DNA of 32,664 nt from Octopus bimaculoides (GCF_001194135.2 NC_068990.1:79260492-79293155); one strand, 5' to 3'; positions 10,162-22,358 are shown, counted from the first letter of the stretch. The notes: generated from the sequence alone by a model not told the origin. Made by a program: numbers and translations.

Positions 10162-10819
10162 CTGTAAATAACAACTTTGTGTGTTTCTAGATAAGAGCTG
10201 TATCGTCATGGAAAGAGGGTGTATAAAACTATATACACACACCTTATGTGTGTTTATATTGGATTTGTTGTATTGCGGGGTTTGTTTGTTTAAATGTATT
10301 GGTTTGGGGTTGTTTTTGTTTGTTGTTAATCGTTTCATCGAATTGGGAAGTGACAGAGTTGAACTGATGTGTGGGAGTTCTGTTATTGAATCGAAAATGG
10401 CTGCCGTACAATGTGTAGTTTATACAGCGTCGGGCTCTGAGGGAACAGATTGTGCATTTAGCTGTTATTACGATTGTTATTGTAGTTTTGTAATTTGTAA
10501 ACAAACTAAATTAATAACATTGTGCTTTTCAGCAGGCAAAAGTAATTTTCAATAAATGATTCTGAGTTTTGTTTTGTTGTTATTGTTGTTGTTGTTGTTG
10601 TTGTTTGTTTGTTTTTTTTGTTGTTGTTGTTTTTTGTGGGGGTTGCTATTTTTTTCGAAATATCGAAATTAAAATGAAACTCTATTGAAATTGAAACCAG
10701 TTGTCTGACCTCTGGATCACAAACATCTTGATAGCAATTTTATTTTTGATTGATTTTATACGACACTACTCCTTCCTCTTCCTCTTCTCTTTGCCATCAA
10801 ACCTAAACGTAAAAAGACA

Positions 10820-10960
10820 TCAAGTCCAATCAGTTATGAGGTATCGTCTCACAGTTTAATTAACGCCACAGCGAAGTCGCCACGTGATACAAGAATAGAT
10901 TAACACGTGACTGAATTTGTAAACTAACATTTGATTGGCAGACAAAACAGGAAGTGGGTG
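10820..10960. promoter_or_regulatory. Candidate Pol II promoter motif cluster
   Basis: CCAAT 10826, E-boxes CACGTG 10881 and CACGTGAC 10904, ATTGG 10934, ETS-type ACAGGAAGTG 10947, all in non-repetitive sequence. YY1-type AAAATGGCTGCC near 10394. Confidence 0.45.
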
Positions 10961-11074
10961 GGAAGGTTTAGTGGAAAGTTAATTTGGCGAGGACCGACAA
11001 CCATGTAGACGTCTAACTTCCACATAACCGCAACATGAAACACAAAGAGATACTAAAATCATTCTAACTCCATT

Positions 11075-11365
11075 GTGTTTCTTGCGTCAGTAATAATAAT
11101 GTGACGTTGTCTTCATATATAGCATCATTTCACTTTAATCTGTTACTTTCTTACGTCAGCAACAATATGGTGACGTTTTCTACACATATATACTACGTCA
11201 TCTCATTATAACGTGTTACTCTCTTACGTCAGTAATAACAGTATGACATTTTCTGCAAATATATATATACTACATCACACCTTAATAATGTTCTACTGTT
11301 ACGCCACAAACAATAATGTTCCGTCTTCTACAAAATATATAAACCATTTTACCATAAGTTGTTGT
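11075..11365. repeat. Degenerate minisatellite, four units of ~70-75 bp
   Basis: Unit anchors CTTGCGTCAG (11081), CTTACGTCAG (11150), CTTACGTCAG (11223) and GTTACGCCAC (11298), each followed by AA(C/T)AAT, a TGACGTT-like or degenerate word, and TATATA. Confidence 0.7.
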
Positions 11366-11921
11366 TCTGATATTAAAGGTTTTACACATGAGTTCATTGG
11401 GTCGATGCTGTGACTCCACTCCGTCGCAACGTCGAGTTTCTTGCAAGAGCAGTGATTCTAAACCCTTGGAGATCCATAAAAGATTTTGTTGTTAAAATTT
11501 ATGTGCTAAAGATTCATTCAGGTAACTAATTCAAACTGTTATGAGTCTAATGTCACATGTTCTAATTCTGGTTCCGTTGGTCATTGACATGTTCAGTCTA
11601 TAACAGACACGTTCTTGTTACCTCTGTTATACAGTTTTACGGGTGGCATTTCTGGCTACCCAATGAGCCAACAGTAGGTTCAGTCAGTTTACTATTCGAA
11701 ATTCATTGGTAGAGGAAAGTGTTTGAATAACTTAGGAGTTTGGTGTTTATAGCATAAATACAGCTTAGGGTTTATGAATTAAATATAGCTCTGTGCTTAT
11801 AGATTTTTGGTTGTCATTACGAATCTTTAACCGCAACCAAAATCTATAAATAGCACAAACAATTGAACTGGAATTGAATTTCTGGGACACGGCTCGGAAT
11901 TCTTTGCATAGAAAATTCCAG

Positions 11922-12074
11922 GCATGGCTGTATGATAAGAAGTTTGCTTCTCGACTATATGGTTCCGGGTTCAATCCCACTGCGTGGTACCTTGAGCAGG
12001 TGTCTTCTATTATAGACTAGGGCCAACCACAGCTTTTTAAAGGGATTTGGTAGACGGAAACTAGAAGAAACACG
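11922..12074 (+). mobile_element. tRNA-derived SINE family A; further copies at 19331-19455(-), 22755-22880(+), 24468-24609(-), 31091-31224(-), 32453-32607(+)
   Basis: Shared GGTTCAGTCCCACTGCGT..CTTGGGCAAGTGTCTTCT.CTATAGCCTCGGGCCGACCAAAGCCTTGTGAGTGGATTTGGTAGACGGAAACTGAAAGAAGCC core, ending in (TG)n or (TA)n tails. Confidence 0.8.
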
Positions 12075-12158
<84 letters not shown>

Positions 12159-12159
12159 C

Positions 12160-12365
12160 TGTGTTTATCCCCACCACCGCTTAACAACCGGTGTTGTTAT
12201 GTTTACGTCCCCGTAATTTAGAAGTTTAGCAAAAGAGACCGATAGAATAAGCACTAGGGTTTAAGAAAAAGCACTGGAGTGGATTCATTCAGCTAAAAAT
12301 TCTTCAAGACGGTGCTCCAGCATGGCTGCTGTCTAACGACTCAAACAAGTAAGAGATGAAAGACA
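12160..12365 (-). mobile_element. Interspersed repeat (SINE-like) family B; further copies at 14745-14893(+), 18532-18740(+), 24300-24420(+), 31800-31925(+)
   Basis: Shared TTTCAGTCATTAGACTGCGGCCATGCTGGGGCACC..GGTACTTATTCTATCG..CACCGGTTGTCAAGCGGTGGTGGGG between copies. Confidence 0.78.
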
Positions 12366-12380
12366 AAAGATAAGAGAATA

Positions 12381-12520
12381 GTATACAAAACGGGTGTAGA
12401 ATCGTCAGATTGCACAGTAAAAAGCTACATCGGCATAATTGAGGATACCTTCAAAGGTATTTGCATTCACAACGCAGTCTTTCGTTTACATCCAGAAATA
12501 AGTGAAATGTCACAGCTCTT
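12381..12520 (+). mobile_element. Penelope-like GIY-YIG endonuclease fragment (N-terminal half)
   Basis: VYKTGVESSDCTVKSYIGIIEDTFKGICIHNAVFRLHPEISEMSQL fits the PLE VYK..YIG.TE..FK.R..H...F pattern. Confidence 0.55.
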
Positions 12521-12996
12521 TCAAAATACCTTTGATTCGAGAAAGCAATCCCATGGATTGACAAACCTACACCGGTTGTAGTAATTCTTTTATATCTTGT
12601 AACTTAGTGGTTCGACAAATAGAAAACGATAATTTAACTACGAAGCTGAAATGAGGTATGAAATAAGCTGTGAAATAAGAACTGTAAAACCTTTTAATGT
12701 TGAGCCCCCAGCATTGCCGCAGTCCAATGACAGAAACTACTAAAGAAATACAAGAATCTAAGACAAGGTTATTCAATGTGCCCTTTCTTTTTGGGACGAA
12801 AAGTTGTAATTTAAGAGCAATTTGGTTGCTATTTTTTGCATGTCGAGCGACCATATAGTGAACTGTTCGTTGATGCCGAGGGTTTTATCAGTGAGAAGCG
12901 GGAGAATTAGTTAAGCAGGCATGAGTCTGTGTGTAGAGTCATGCACACACACAAACACGCACACACGCGCGCGCACGTATAAATATATACACACTT

Positions 12997-13037
<41 letters not shown>

Positions 13038-13239
13038 AACATACAGTTACACAGACATACATATACACACTGACAATCTGTGTGATCACATACACATATG
13101 CATGTGCATATACAAACACACGAGTACATACACAAGCACTCGCGCACACACACACACACACACACACATCTGCAGGTGCACATATACACGTACATATACA
13201 CACGCTGTCACTGCGTCTGTATGTGCACACACACTCATG

Positions 13240-13280
<41 letters not shown>

Positions 13281-13601
13281 GCGCGCGCACAGACACACGT
13301 AGTCGCGCGCACGCGCACATCTGTTATGACATTTTATTGAAGTTTCATTGGTTTTTATTTTTGTTTTCATTTCTTTCTCGTCCTCGCCATGATAAAGAAA
13401 TTGAGCGATTTTAGAGTGACATCTTTTCTAATCACGTTATTTTTAACGACACCACCACCACAATGATGATGATGATGATGATGACAAGAGGAGAAAGCAG
13501 GAACGAAATTACGAAGAAGTATAAAAGAAAGGAGAAGGAATGAACGAAAGAAAAGGAAGAGAGACAGATTGACAGACAGAGAAACAGACAAACAGGCAGA
13601 C

Positions 13602-13655
<54 letters not shown>

Positions 13656-14146
13656 CATGATTGTTTAAATCGATACATAAAAAGAAGCAATGATAGCGAA
13701 ATAAAGAATACGGGAAGAAACGAAAGTTGACAACAAATGCGTTCCACATGGTAGCTTCTGTCTTTTTTTTGTGTGTGTTTTTTTTTTGGCATNNNNNNNN
13801 NNNNNNNNNNNNNNNNNNNNNNNNNNNNNNNNNNNNNNNNNNNNNNNNNNNNNNNNNNNNNNNNNNNNNNNNNNNNNNNNNNNNNNNNNNNNNNNNNNNN
13901 NNNNNNNNNNNNNNNNNNNNNNNNNNNNNNNNNNNNNNNNNNNNNNNNNNNNNNNNNNNNNNNNNNNNNNNNNNNNNNNNNNNNNNNNNNNNNNNNNNNN
14001 NNNNNNNNNNNNNNNNNNNNNNNNNNNNNNNNNNNNNNNNNNNNNNNNNNNNNNNNNNNNNNNNNNNNNNNNNNNNNNNNNNNNNNNNNNNNNNNNNNNN
14101 NNNNNNNNNNNNNNNNNNNNNNNNNNNNNNNNNNNNNTCTCTCTCT

Positions 14147-14184
<38 letters not shown>

Positions 14185-14363
14185 CGTAGCATAACTAAAA
14201 GCATCATAATAAACATGGTTTAAATATTCGCAAACCTGACAAATTTATGGTTACATGTGTATATTTATGTGTTTTGCGTTCTTTTACTCGTTCTTCTTAA
14301 TCTCCCTCTCCCTCCTCACTCTCTCTCACTCTCTATCTAGCTATTTATCTATTTCTTCCTATC

Positions 14364-14419
<56 letters not shown>

Positions 14420-15723
14420 CTTCTCAGCTGCAAAATACACAGCCAGACGACACACCGGTTTCGTGTCGTCTGCCATTTGCAAGCCTTCTCAATAATCTGC
14501 CATCGTGACAACAAACATATCGACACAAAACAAAATAAGTGACGTCTTTTGGACGCAACCTTCACCCCCACCACCACCATCACCATAAAAGAAAAACTAA
14601 AACCTCCCCAGTTGTGCTTATTGCTAAATTTTCTTTATACATATATACACACACAAATGCAGAGGCACACATACATGCATAGACACATACATACATAGAT
14701 CGACGCATATATATTTATACACACGCACACTGTATATATTTGTATCTTTTATCATTAACATGCTTCAGTCATTAGACTGCGACCATGCGCATTTGTTTTT
14801 TTAAAAGTCCGGTACTTACTCTATCGATCTCTTTAGTTACGAGGGAGTAAACAAACCAACACCGACTGTCAAGTGGTAGTGAAGAACAAACACGCGCGTA
14901 TGTATGTAGTATGTGTACGTATGTATGTATTTTGTATATATACATATGCGTGTGTGTGCGCGCACGCACGCGTGCGTGTGTTTCCAAGAGAACAAGATGT
15001 GATTTTATGGAGATTTGGCTGCTATTTCTAACAGGTTGAACGATCACGTTAAAGTTCCTGTTCTACTCCCTTCCTCCTGTATAGAAGAATGACACGGTCT
15101 ACCGATCAGAGTCTCATAGGACCTTTGTACCTCAAAAACCTCCTCTCGATTGAATTAAGTCTTAAAGTTATAAAGCTATTTTAGATCTAATTAGTCGAGA
15201 TCATAGCGGTTTTATGACGTTGTTGGCTTATGACTTCGCTGACATAATATCTATATAAATTTGTTTAAGATGCAAGTAGATTTTGATATTATTTAATACA
15301 AATTGTAGTTCTCTACCTAAAGTTAATCCAGGTAAATTCTCAACTATTCCGTTGATAACATCCAGAGTTTGTTGCAATATTAACTCTGAGATTTCGATGG
15401 AGTTAGCTGCTGTCTATCTATATATTCCTGCAAGAATTAGCATTTATGACTTGAAAATAAACAGATCAGTCAGTAAAACTGTCGTTAGTGCTAACTGGGA
15501 AAGATTTTATTTGATCAATTTTCTACTCAGAGAAATAGAATATTCCTGCCCATGATACAGCAACTGACGGAAAAATTCGAATTTATTCAGACATGAAACA
15601 AACCAGATACATTTTTGACATCTCTCCTTGTGCATTCGGAATTCTTCACCTTTCAGAGTTTCTCCTTCTTGTTGTCATCTTTGAGCATCGTTAGCGTCGA
15701 GGATACATACATACATACATACA

Positions 15724-15755
<32 letters not shown>

Positions 15756-16009
15756 CACACACTTATACATACATACATACATACATACATACATACATAC
15801 ATACATACATCTACCTGTACGGGCGAAGGTTCTACGATGTGGAGGAGTTGAAAACTGGTGGAAAGTTGTTTTTTTTTTTACCTCTAAACCGGCCAAATGG
15901 CATAAACGTCGAATTGAATTTCTGGCACAATGATGGTAATAGACAATAGAATATCATGGGAGATGATATTTTGATGAATAAACGCTTTTTGTATGTAATT
16001 TGTTTGTGC

Positions 16010-16274
16010 ATGGCCTGGAGAGACTTTCAAAAGGCTTACGACCTGTTGCCGCATTCGTGGATTTTAGAAACACTCGACATATATGGAATAGCTGATAACG
16101 TGTGTGCATTGATTAAGAACAACATGCCTAGTTGGAAAACGCGTCTTTCCTGTAACAACCAGCACTTAGCCGAGGTAACAATCAAAAGAGGTATCTTCCA
16201 AGGAGACTCTTGTTCACCTCTGTTATTTGTTATAGCCTTGATCTCGCTTTCTGTAGTTCTACGTAAAATCAACA
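16010..16274 (+). mobile_element. Dong/R4-type reverse transcriptase core fragment
   Basis: MAWRDFQKAYDLLPHSWILETL..TIKRGIFQGDSCSPLLFVIALISLSVVLRK, RT motifs 3-4 of REL-clade LINEs. Confidence 0.9.
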
Positions 16275-16290
16275 AGAAAACCATTAATAT

Positions 16291-16636
16291 GAACTTGTGC
16301 AGCGTATAAGCACTGATGATTATCGTTAGCGGAAGATAATCATCCGCCATCGCCGCCGGGACTACCAAATCACATGATTTCGACCTCCCTTCACCTTGTC
16401 AATGGTACAAGCCCAAAAGCTACGCTCAGTGGCTATTTGCATCAGTAGTGCCAGATAAGGCACTAAAATTCTATGTATATCAGTAGCGGATGAATTATTG
16501 CAGTCTCCATCATTCGGGTTTCTGTTATTGACAAGGCCAAGGAAGGGCGAGATCACGTGATCTGGTAGTCCTGGCCGGGGTGGTGGATGATTATCTCCCG
16601 CTAACGATAAGCATTAATGCTTATATGCACAAGTCC
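16291..16636. mobile_element. ~345-bp MITE-like element with ~110-bp imperfect inverted arms
   Basis: 16293-16403 aligns with the reverse complement of 16527-16634 (ACTTGTGCA..TATAAGCA..TTATCGTTAGCGG.AGATAATCATCC..GGACTACCA.ATCAC.TGAT.TCG..CCTTGTCAAT). Confidence 0.75.
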
Positions 16637-17320
16637 ACACGAGAGTTGTCTCTCTTAGTAAATAACTCTGCATTCTGTTTTCTAACACCACGTCTACTTT
16701 TTTAAGTAGGGATTAATATTACCTTTTGGTATTAATACTGTTTCTGTGGTTAATAATTGCGTATGTATCTATGTAGGTGCGTGTCTCTGTGTGTGTGTGC
16801 ATGTATGTATGTTAGTATGTATGTATATGTATATATTGGTTATATGAACAGTATCCGTCTATCACATTCAATTTAGATACGTCGGGAAAAAGCAAATTTA
16901 CTGCAATATTTGTTTGGAATTTGCTTTTTGCTATGCTTTTACATTAACTATGGAACAGAACACAAATGCTTATAAGTGTGCGTGTGTGTGTGTGTGTGAA
17001 AAGAGAGTGAGAGACGTCTTATATTCTATTAGTCCCATAATACTACTACTACAACAACAACTTCTACTACTACTATAAATTTGGTATTTTACTAAAATTT
17101 GAGTGGTGGGTGGTGTCTCCTTGACGTCATTTTAAATTTAAATGACAATTATGAGCGCGATAGTCATAATATACAGGAGATGACAGAGGAACTGGTAAAG
17201 GCTGAAGAAAAAGTGATTCCTGTAGCAAATCGATAACAGACATCTTCACAATTCCAAGCATATTGCTCTCAGAAACATTTAAAACTGTCGACCATTCATA
17301 AAAGGAAGAGAAAGACTCAC

Positions 17321-17344
17321 ATCTCCAGATATCGCCGCCGCCAT
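17321..17344 (-). CDS. Candidate short first coding exon MAAAISGD (phase 0) of an unidentified host gene
   Basis: AAT-ATGGCGGCGGCG-ATATCTGGAGAT|GTGAGT: start codon inside a YY1-type motif, followed by a canonical donor. ETS-type ACTTCCTG at 17822 upstream, CRE TGACGTCA at 17122 in the putative intron. No homology evidence. Confidence 0.35.
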
Positions 17345-17428
17345 ATTCTATAACGTTTGACAGCATTAACAGTCAACAAGATAGACAACACTCACAACAG
17401 TATTCTATTTAACCTTTCCATCATCATC

Positions 17429-17498
<70 letters not shown>

Positions 17499-17947
17499 GC
17501 ATCACTCTAATCAAGACTACATATAAAATGAAATATATACATACCAGAGGGAGTCTATTTATATAGCACATGCACAATCGTTACTATCCTGAATACAGAA
17601 GAAGTGTGAACAAGCAACAACCTAAAACCACAACGAATTTAGACATTGAAATAAACTTCGTTATATAATAATTTGTATAAGATATATGACGACCAGACAT
17701 TGAATGAAATATGCTTAACAAATAATACACAAAGACCAAACGAACAACTCTTTATTTATTTGGTTATTAGAATGGTTTAGTGATTTGAAGTGAGACATCG
17801 CCCCATGAACTTCTTGCAGAAACTTCCTGGTTGTCCGGATACAAAATAAAAGAAAAGGGAACACACAAGAGGTTTGTTTGAATGTCTACAACAGAGAGAA
17901 CGACAGAGTGGACAATTGCAAAGATAGCCAAGGACCAAAGTGTACAA

Positions 17948-18036
<89 letters not shown>

Positions 18037-18755
18037 TCTTTCTCCCTAGGTGCCATATCAACAGACACCAGCCATTCTGGACCTTCCTACCAAACTTCCT
18101 CATGACTTTTATGAGGAAACCGCCAGCGATCCTTTCTCGTTGCCGTCTGCCATTTTCATTACACTTCGTTGGGTGCTTCAGCCTCCTTCTGTCTTGAGCT
18201 TACCCTCGAGGCACAGATGGTGGGTGGAGGGTGGCGGGTGGCCTCAGGTCATCTCAACACACATTGATGGACCCGTATGACAACATGCCTAGGGGTCAGC
18301 TTTGTCTCAGGTCCTGTAGGCCTCAGGCACAGGAACAACCGCTGCCGTTTCATCCATAACTGGGGCCTTTCGCAAGGTCATGTCACCTGATTGGCAAAGT
18401 AACCACAACAACATCTCATATCAAACCCTGTTTTGATAAAAAAGAAACAACTGCACCAAAAATATTGCTTTTACGATCAACAATAAATAGTTACAATTGA
18501 CACCAAAGTGAGAAAACTAAAATATCTTTGTATCTTTTACTTGTTTCAGCCATTAGACTACGGCCATGCTGGGGCACCGCATTTAAGAATTTTTAGTCAA
18601 TCGAGTCGACCTCAGTACTTCTTTTAAACCAGGTACTTATTCTATCGTTCACTTTTCTGAACGACCAAGTTACGAGGACGTAAACAAACTAACACCGGTT
18701 GCCAAGTGATGGCGGGGGACAAACACAGACATAGAGACACACACAGATATATAGC

Positions 18756-18990
18756 CACATACGAAATTTGAGGAGCAGCTCCACACCACATACAACTTAG
18801 TGGAGAATAGTGGAGAAATCAAAGCTATATGTTAATGGGTCTAAGAAATGCAAATTATATGTAGCAAAAAGATTTCATCTTCTTCTTAGATCTAGCAATT
18901 CCAACACACTACTTAATTCTAGATCTGAAATTGTTGGCAGGTGTAAACACATGGACAGGTTTCTTTTATCGAACTGGAGGGCACCACCGC
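18756..18990 (+). mobile_element. Penelope-like element 3' end (GIY-YIG C-terminal part)
   Basis: HIRNLRSSSTPHTT*WRIVEKSKLYVNGSKKCKLYVAKRFHLL..LLNSRSEIVGRCKHMDRFLLSN matches the PLE HIW.LK..W.I..K..PY..G.K.C.LC..EK..LLN.RSE...KC.H..KF.L pattern. Confidence 0.75.
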
Positions 18991-19791
18991 TCCGGATTGA
19001 GTTGTCTCATAGACTTTTACATATTTTCTGTTATTTTGTTCTAAACCAATTGTATTTAATGAGCTTTCTCAGGAAGGGCGAGGATCTTAGTTTTTTTTAT
19101 TTCATTTCTGGGTTGTTTTTTTCGTTCCACTTTTTACACCAACCATCCTCACCTTTTTTCCATGTTTTTTCTCCCACTTTTTTTTTTCTTATTGTCTCAC
19201 TGTCCAGTGTCCTTGGTTTTAAAATATGATATAATACATAAGCAGAGCCTGAAAGATTGCCTGGAGATACATGGCGTATTTTATAAACATGCCAGTTCAA
19301 GTATCATAAAAGCACGAAATTATATATACAACGGGCTTCTTTCAGCTTTGTCTACTTACAAGCCTTGGGTGGCCCGAGGCTATAGTAGAAGACACCATGA
19401 TGTGGGACTGAACCCCGAACCATGTGATTGGGACGTAAACTTCTTATCACACAGATACACTTGCACCTATATTTTAGATAATTCTGAGAAGCAGGTTAAC
19501 TAAGATTGTTAAGAGAAGAAGGAGACAGGGAAGCAAGAATTAAGTGACTGGCTGATATGAAAGGCTGGACATAAATGAGAGTGAATGCGTGAGAGAGATT
19601 GGTGTCGAGGCTATCGAACCTGTTGAGTGCAGACAATACTTTATGATGAGCCCAGGAAAGACTGGTCATTGTTATAGACTCAAGCCCGTGGCTAGTGGAT
19701 CGATTCTAAACTGAGGTAGTACCTTAGCTTCTCTCGGGTGGGAATTGTAAAGGACGCATATAACGACGATGACAACAAATGATGATAATGT

Positions 19792-19840
<49 letters not shown>

Positions 19841-20119
19841 GATGATGATGATGACCATAACAAGGATAATGACATTTGAAGTGTTGAGTTGAAAACAACG
19901 TTAGCAACACCAGAATGATAACGATAGCAACGGCGAAATGTAGACAATGTGGGAGGGGGTGATAGGGGAGTGATGTGGGGCATAGCTGTTGTATAAGTGG
20001 AGGTTGTGGTGGGGGTCATGTAACGCCAGTTCATCCCTGACCGCTCACACTTATAATCAAAGACATTCCGGTTATGACTATCACGCCTTTACAATCTACA
20101 GGAAACCCAGTTCACATTC

Positions 20120-20215
20120 TCCAATGTGTTCTTCTAAGACCGTAGGATGTGATTTGAGAGAGATTTAGCTGCTATTTCTGATAGGTTACGTGGCTATGTA
20201 GAAGCTCCCTTCGTT
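20120..20215 (+). repeat. Short interspersed repeat; related copies at ~12800-12860 and ~14990-15055
   Basis: Shared GATGTGATTT..GGAGATTT.GCTGCTATTTCT..CAGGT...CGACCA motif in three places. Confidence 0.6.
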
Positions 20216-21159
20216 GGCTCATAGTGGTGATGGTGATAGTAGTGGGTGTGGTAGTAGTGGTGATTGATGATAACAGTTGTGTGGGGGAAAACAAATTTAC
20301 GAACATTATGTTGGTTATAGTAGATGATGCATATACAGTGATATACACACACACATACATACATACATACATACATACATACATACATACATGCATACAT
20401 ACATATATTTATATATATATATNNNNNNNNNNTATTTATCTAAACCTTGTACGACTCTCTTCTTCCTTTCTTTTATTCTTTCCTTCTTTCTATCAGCCCT
20501 TTCACGCTTACTTCGTTCATTCCACTCTTCGTTCTTTCGTTCCCCCTCTCTCACATTTTCTTGCCTTCTCTTCTTGCTCACTTTCCCTCCTCTTTTCACT
20601 TCACTGTATCCCTGTCATTTTTTCTCGCACCTCCTTATTTCTTCTGTCCCTCTGCCTCAACCTCTCTCTCTTCTCTTCCCACGTGACCCGTGTCTGGCCA
20701 AGCCTAAGTTTTCTTTCTTGGTTCGGCCGTTGTCCATGCAACATCTATATTCCTCCCTGTGCCCGTGAAATCTTGTACCCCTGCCGTAAGGCTTTACTTC
20801 CACACACGTCAGCTTAATTTAATTCGTCCTTAGTCGAAAGACACCTGTTGTTATGTTCTGTTATTTGTATTTGTGTAACATTCTCCGTTTTTGTTTTTTT
20901 TTTCAGTCCTTGTTTTCGTATACATTCGCTGCTTTCTTCCAATGAATCTAATGCTCTTAGATTAGCTTTTCCTTGGGGCTGGCCAGATTGGAGCAATCTT
21001 GAGTATAACCAGCCGAAATTGCAAAGATAATCTGGAACTCAACTGAGGAAAGAAAATTCCGAATGACCTATCCTTGTTTTCTTTGTATCGTCTATCTAGA
21101 TGTTTTGCTGTACCCTTTTTTGTATCACCTAACTGTCTGGATGTTTTGCGTTCTTGTCC

Positions 21160-21372
21160 CATCTTCTTTATCACCCTTCTTATGAAGCAGGATGGTATTT
21201 GACTCTTTCCACAGTGAGGGTATTTCGCCCGCCTTCAGATACCGATTGAAGCGTAAAACGAGGATTTTCCACAGCACTTTACCTCCGCATCTTAGCATCT
21301 CTGTTATGAAGCCATCTTTCCCTGGAGCTTTGTCTGCTTCACCAGTTTGAGGGCATCTTCAATTTCACTGGT
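21160..21372 (-). mobile_element. RTE-clade LINE fragment (start of RT domain)
   Basis: SEIEDALK / KAPGKDGFITEMLRCGGKVLWKILVLRFNRYLKAGEIPSLWKESNTILLHKKGDKED. Confidence 0.78.
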
Positions 21373-21516
21373 CAAATTAGGTGGCACCTCTTCCAGCATT
21401 TGTGACGGTGTAGGATCGAGGTTCCCTGATGACTTTTAAAAGGTTGGTATTTGTGACCAGCGTTGTATAACAGCATTTAATGGCCTGATTGATGCTGTGA
21501 TACTGTGATAGATAAA

Positions 21517-22080
21517 TACAAGGAGCATTCCAGAAGTTTTCAGACAAGTTTAGGAGAGACATTTATTAATTTCAAAGAAGCCCAAAACTCTAATTTCCTT
21601 CAAAGTAGGGTACTCTGATTCCATTGCTCTTATAGTTGCACTCCCGCCATTTCGTGAAGGTCCCGTGGAAGTCCTGTAAAGTGAAGGTCTCCAAGACCAT
21701 TTTCACAACCCCCTTCGTCTTTTCCTTAAGCTTAGGGAAGTCATAAGGAGCAAGGTCTGGGCTATAGAGGGGGTGAGGGTCAGCTTCGATGCCCGTCTCT
21801 ATCAAGAGTCCAGTTACCAGGATGGAATTGTGGACCGGTGCATCGTTTCGGTGTACATAGTCTGGCTTTTTGCGACGAAATCTTTTTCGGAACTCTCTCA
21901 AAACCTCCCGGTGTACTTACAATGCCTGTCTTCTTATGCCAGCGAAAAACAAATGCTCGCTTCGAACAAGTTAATCCACAATTTGGAGCTTTCATAAGTT
22001 TCTGTAATATTTTTGCCAAGATTAACATAAAACTTTATTGCAAAGCAAGCACCAGATTGTGTTCGCGTCCTGAATGCATT
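21517..22080 (-). mobile_element. Internally deleted mariner element
   Basis: HRNDAPVH (HHDNAP-like) and PHPLYSPDLAPYDF catalytic-end motifs; N-terminal AIKFYVNLGKNITETY; TIR-like TACAAGGAGCATTCCAGAAGTTT at 21517. Confidence 0.85.
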
Positions 22081-22328
22081 CTGAAAACTGATCAGCCATG
22101 ACAAGCAGTGCTGAGTAGGATAAGTTCAAAGTGCCGTTATAGCCGTCTCCTTCAATCTGGAATGAGAAGTTAGCAGGTCAGCTTATTAAATCTATAGAAA
22201 GGATAAACTAAAATTACGATAACCTAGAATAGTTATAACTGCCTCTCATAAGAAAAAGTCACAAAATTTCTGGAATGCATCTCGTATATACTCATACTTG
22301 TGTATGCATATATATACTTAGATGCACC

Positions 22329-22358
<30 letters not shown>

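Noticed and set aside
11075-11365. CRISPR-like repeat-spacer array
   Set aside because: Whole units are mutually similar (minisatellite), there are no unique spacers or cas genes, and the context is eukaryotic.
15225-15415. Possible 93-nt minus-strand exon (ANSIEISELILQQTLDVINGIVENLPGLTL)
   Set aside because: Acceptor lacks a pyrimidine tract and there is no homology evidence.
7048-16319. Other CTGATGA hits (7048, 7905, 16313)
   Set aside because: No stem II plus GAAA plus NUH arrangement; 16313 is part of a MITE arm.
12381-18990. The two Penelope GIY-YIG halves (12.4 and 18.8 kb, same strand) as one split element
   Set aside because: They are 6 kb apart with unrelated unique sequence between; independent insertions are simpler.
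19249-19285. Hammerhead relic downstream of the Penelope 3' fragment (CTGAAAGA-TTGCC-loop-GGCGT)
   Set aside because: Extra base in the core, and GAAAC plus the cleavage triplet are missing. At most a dead remnant.
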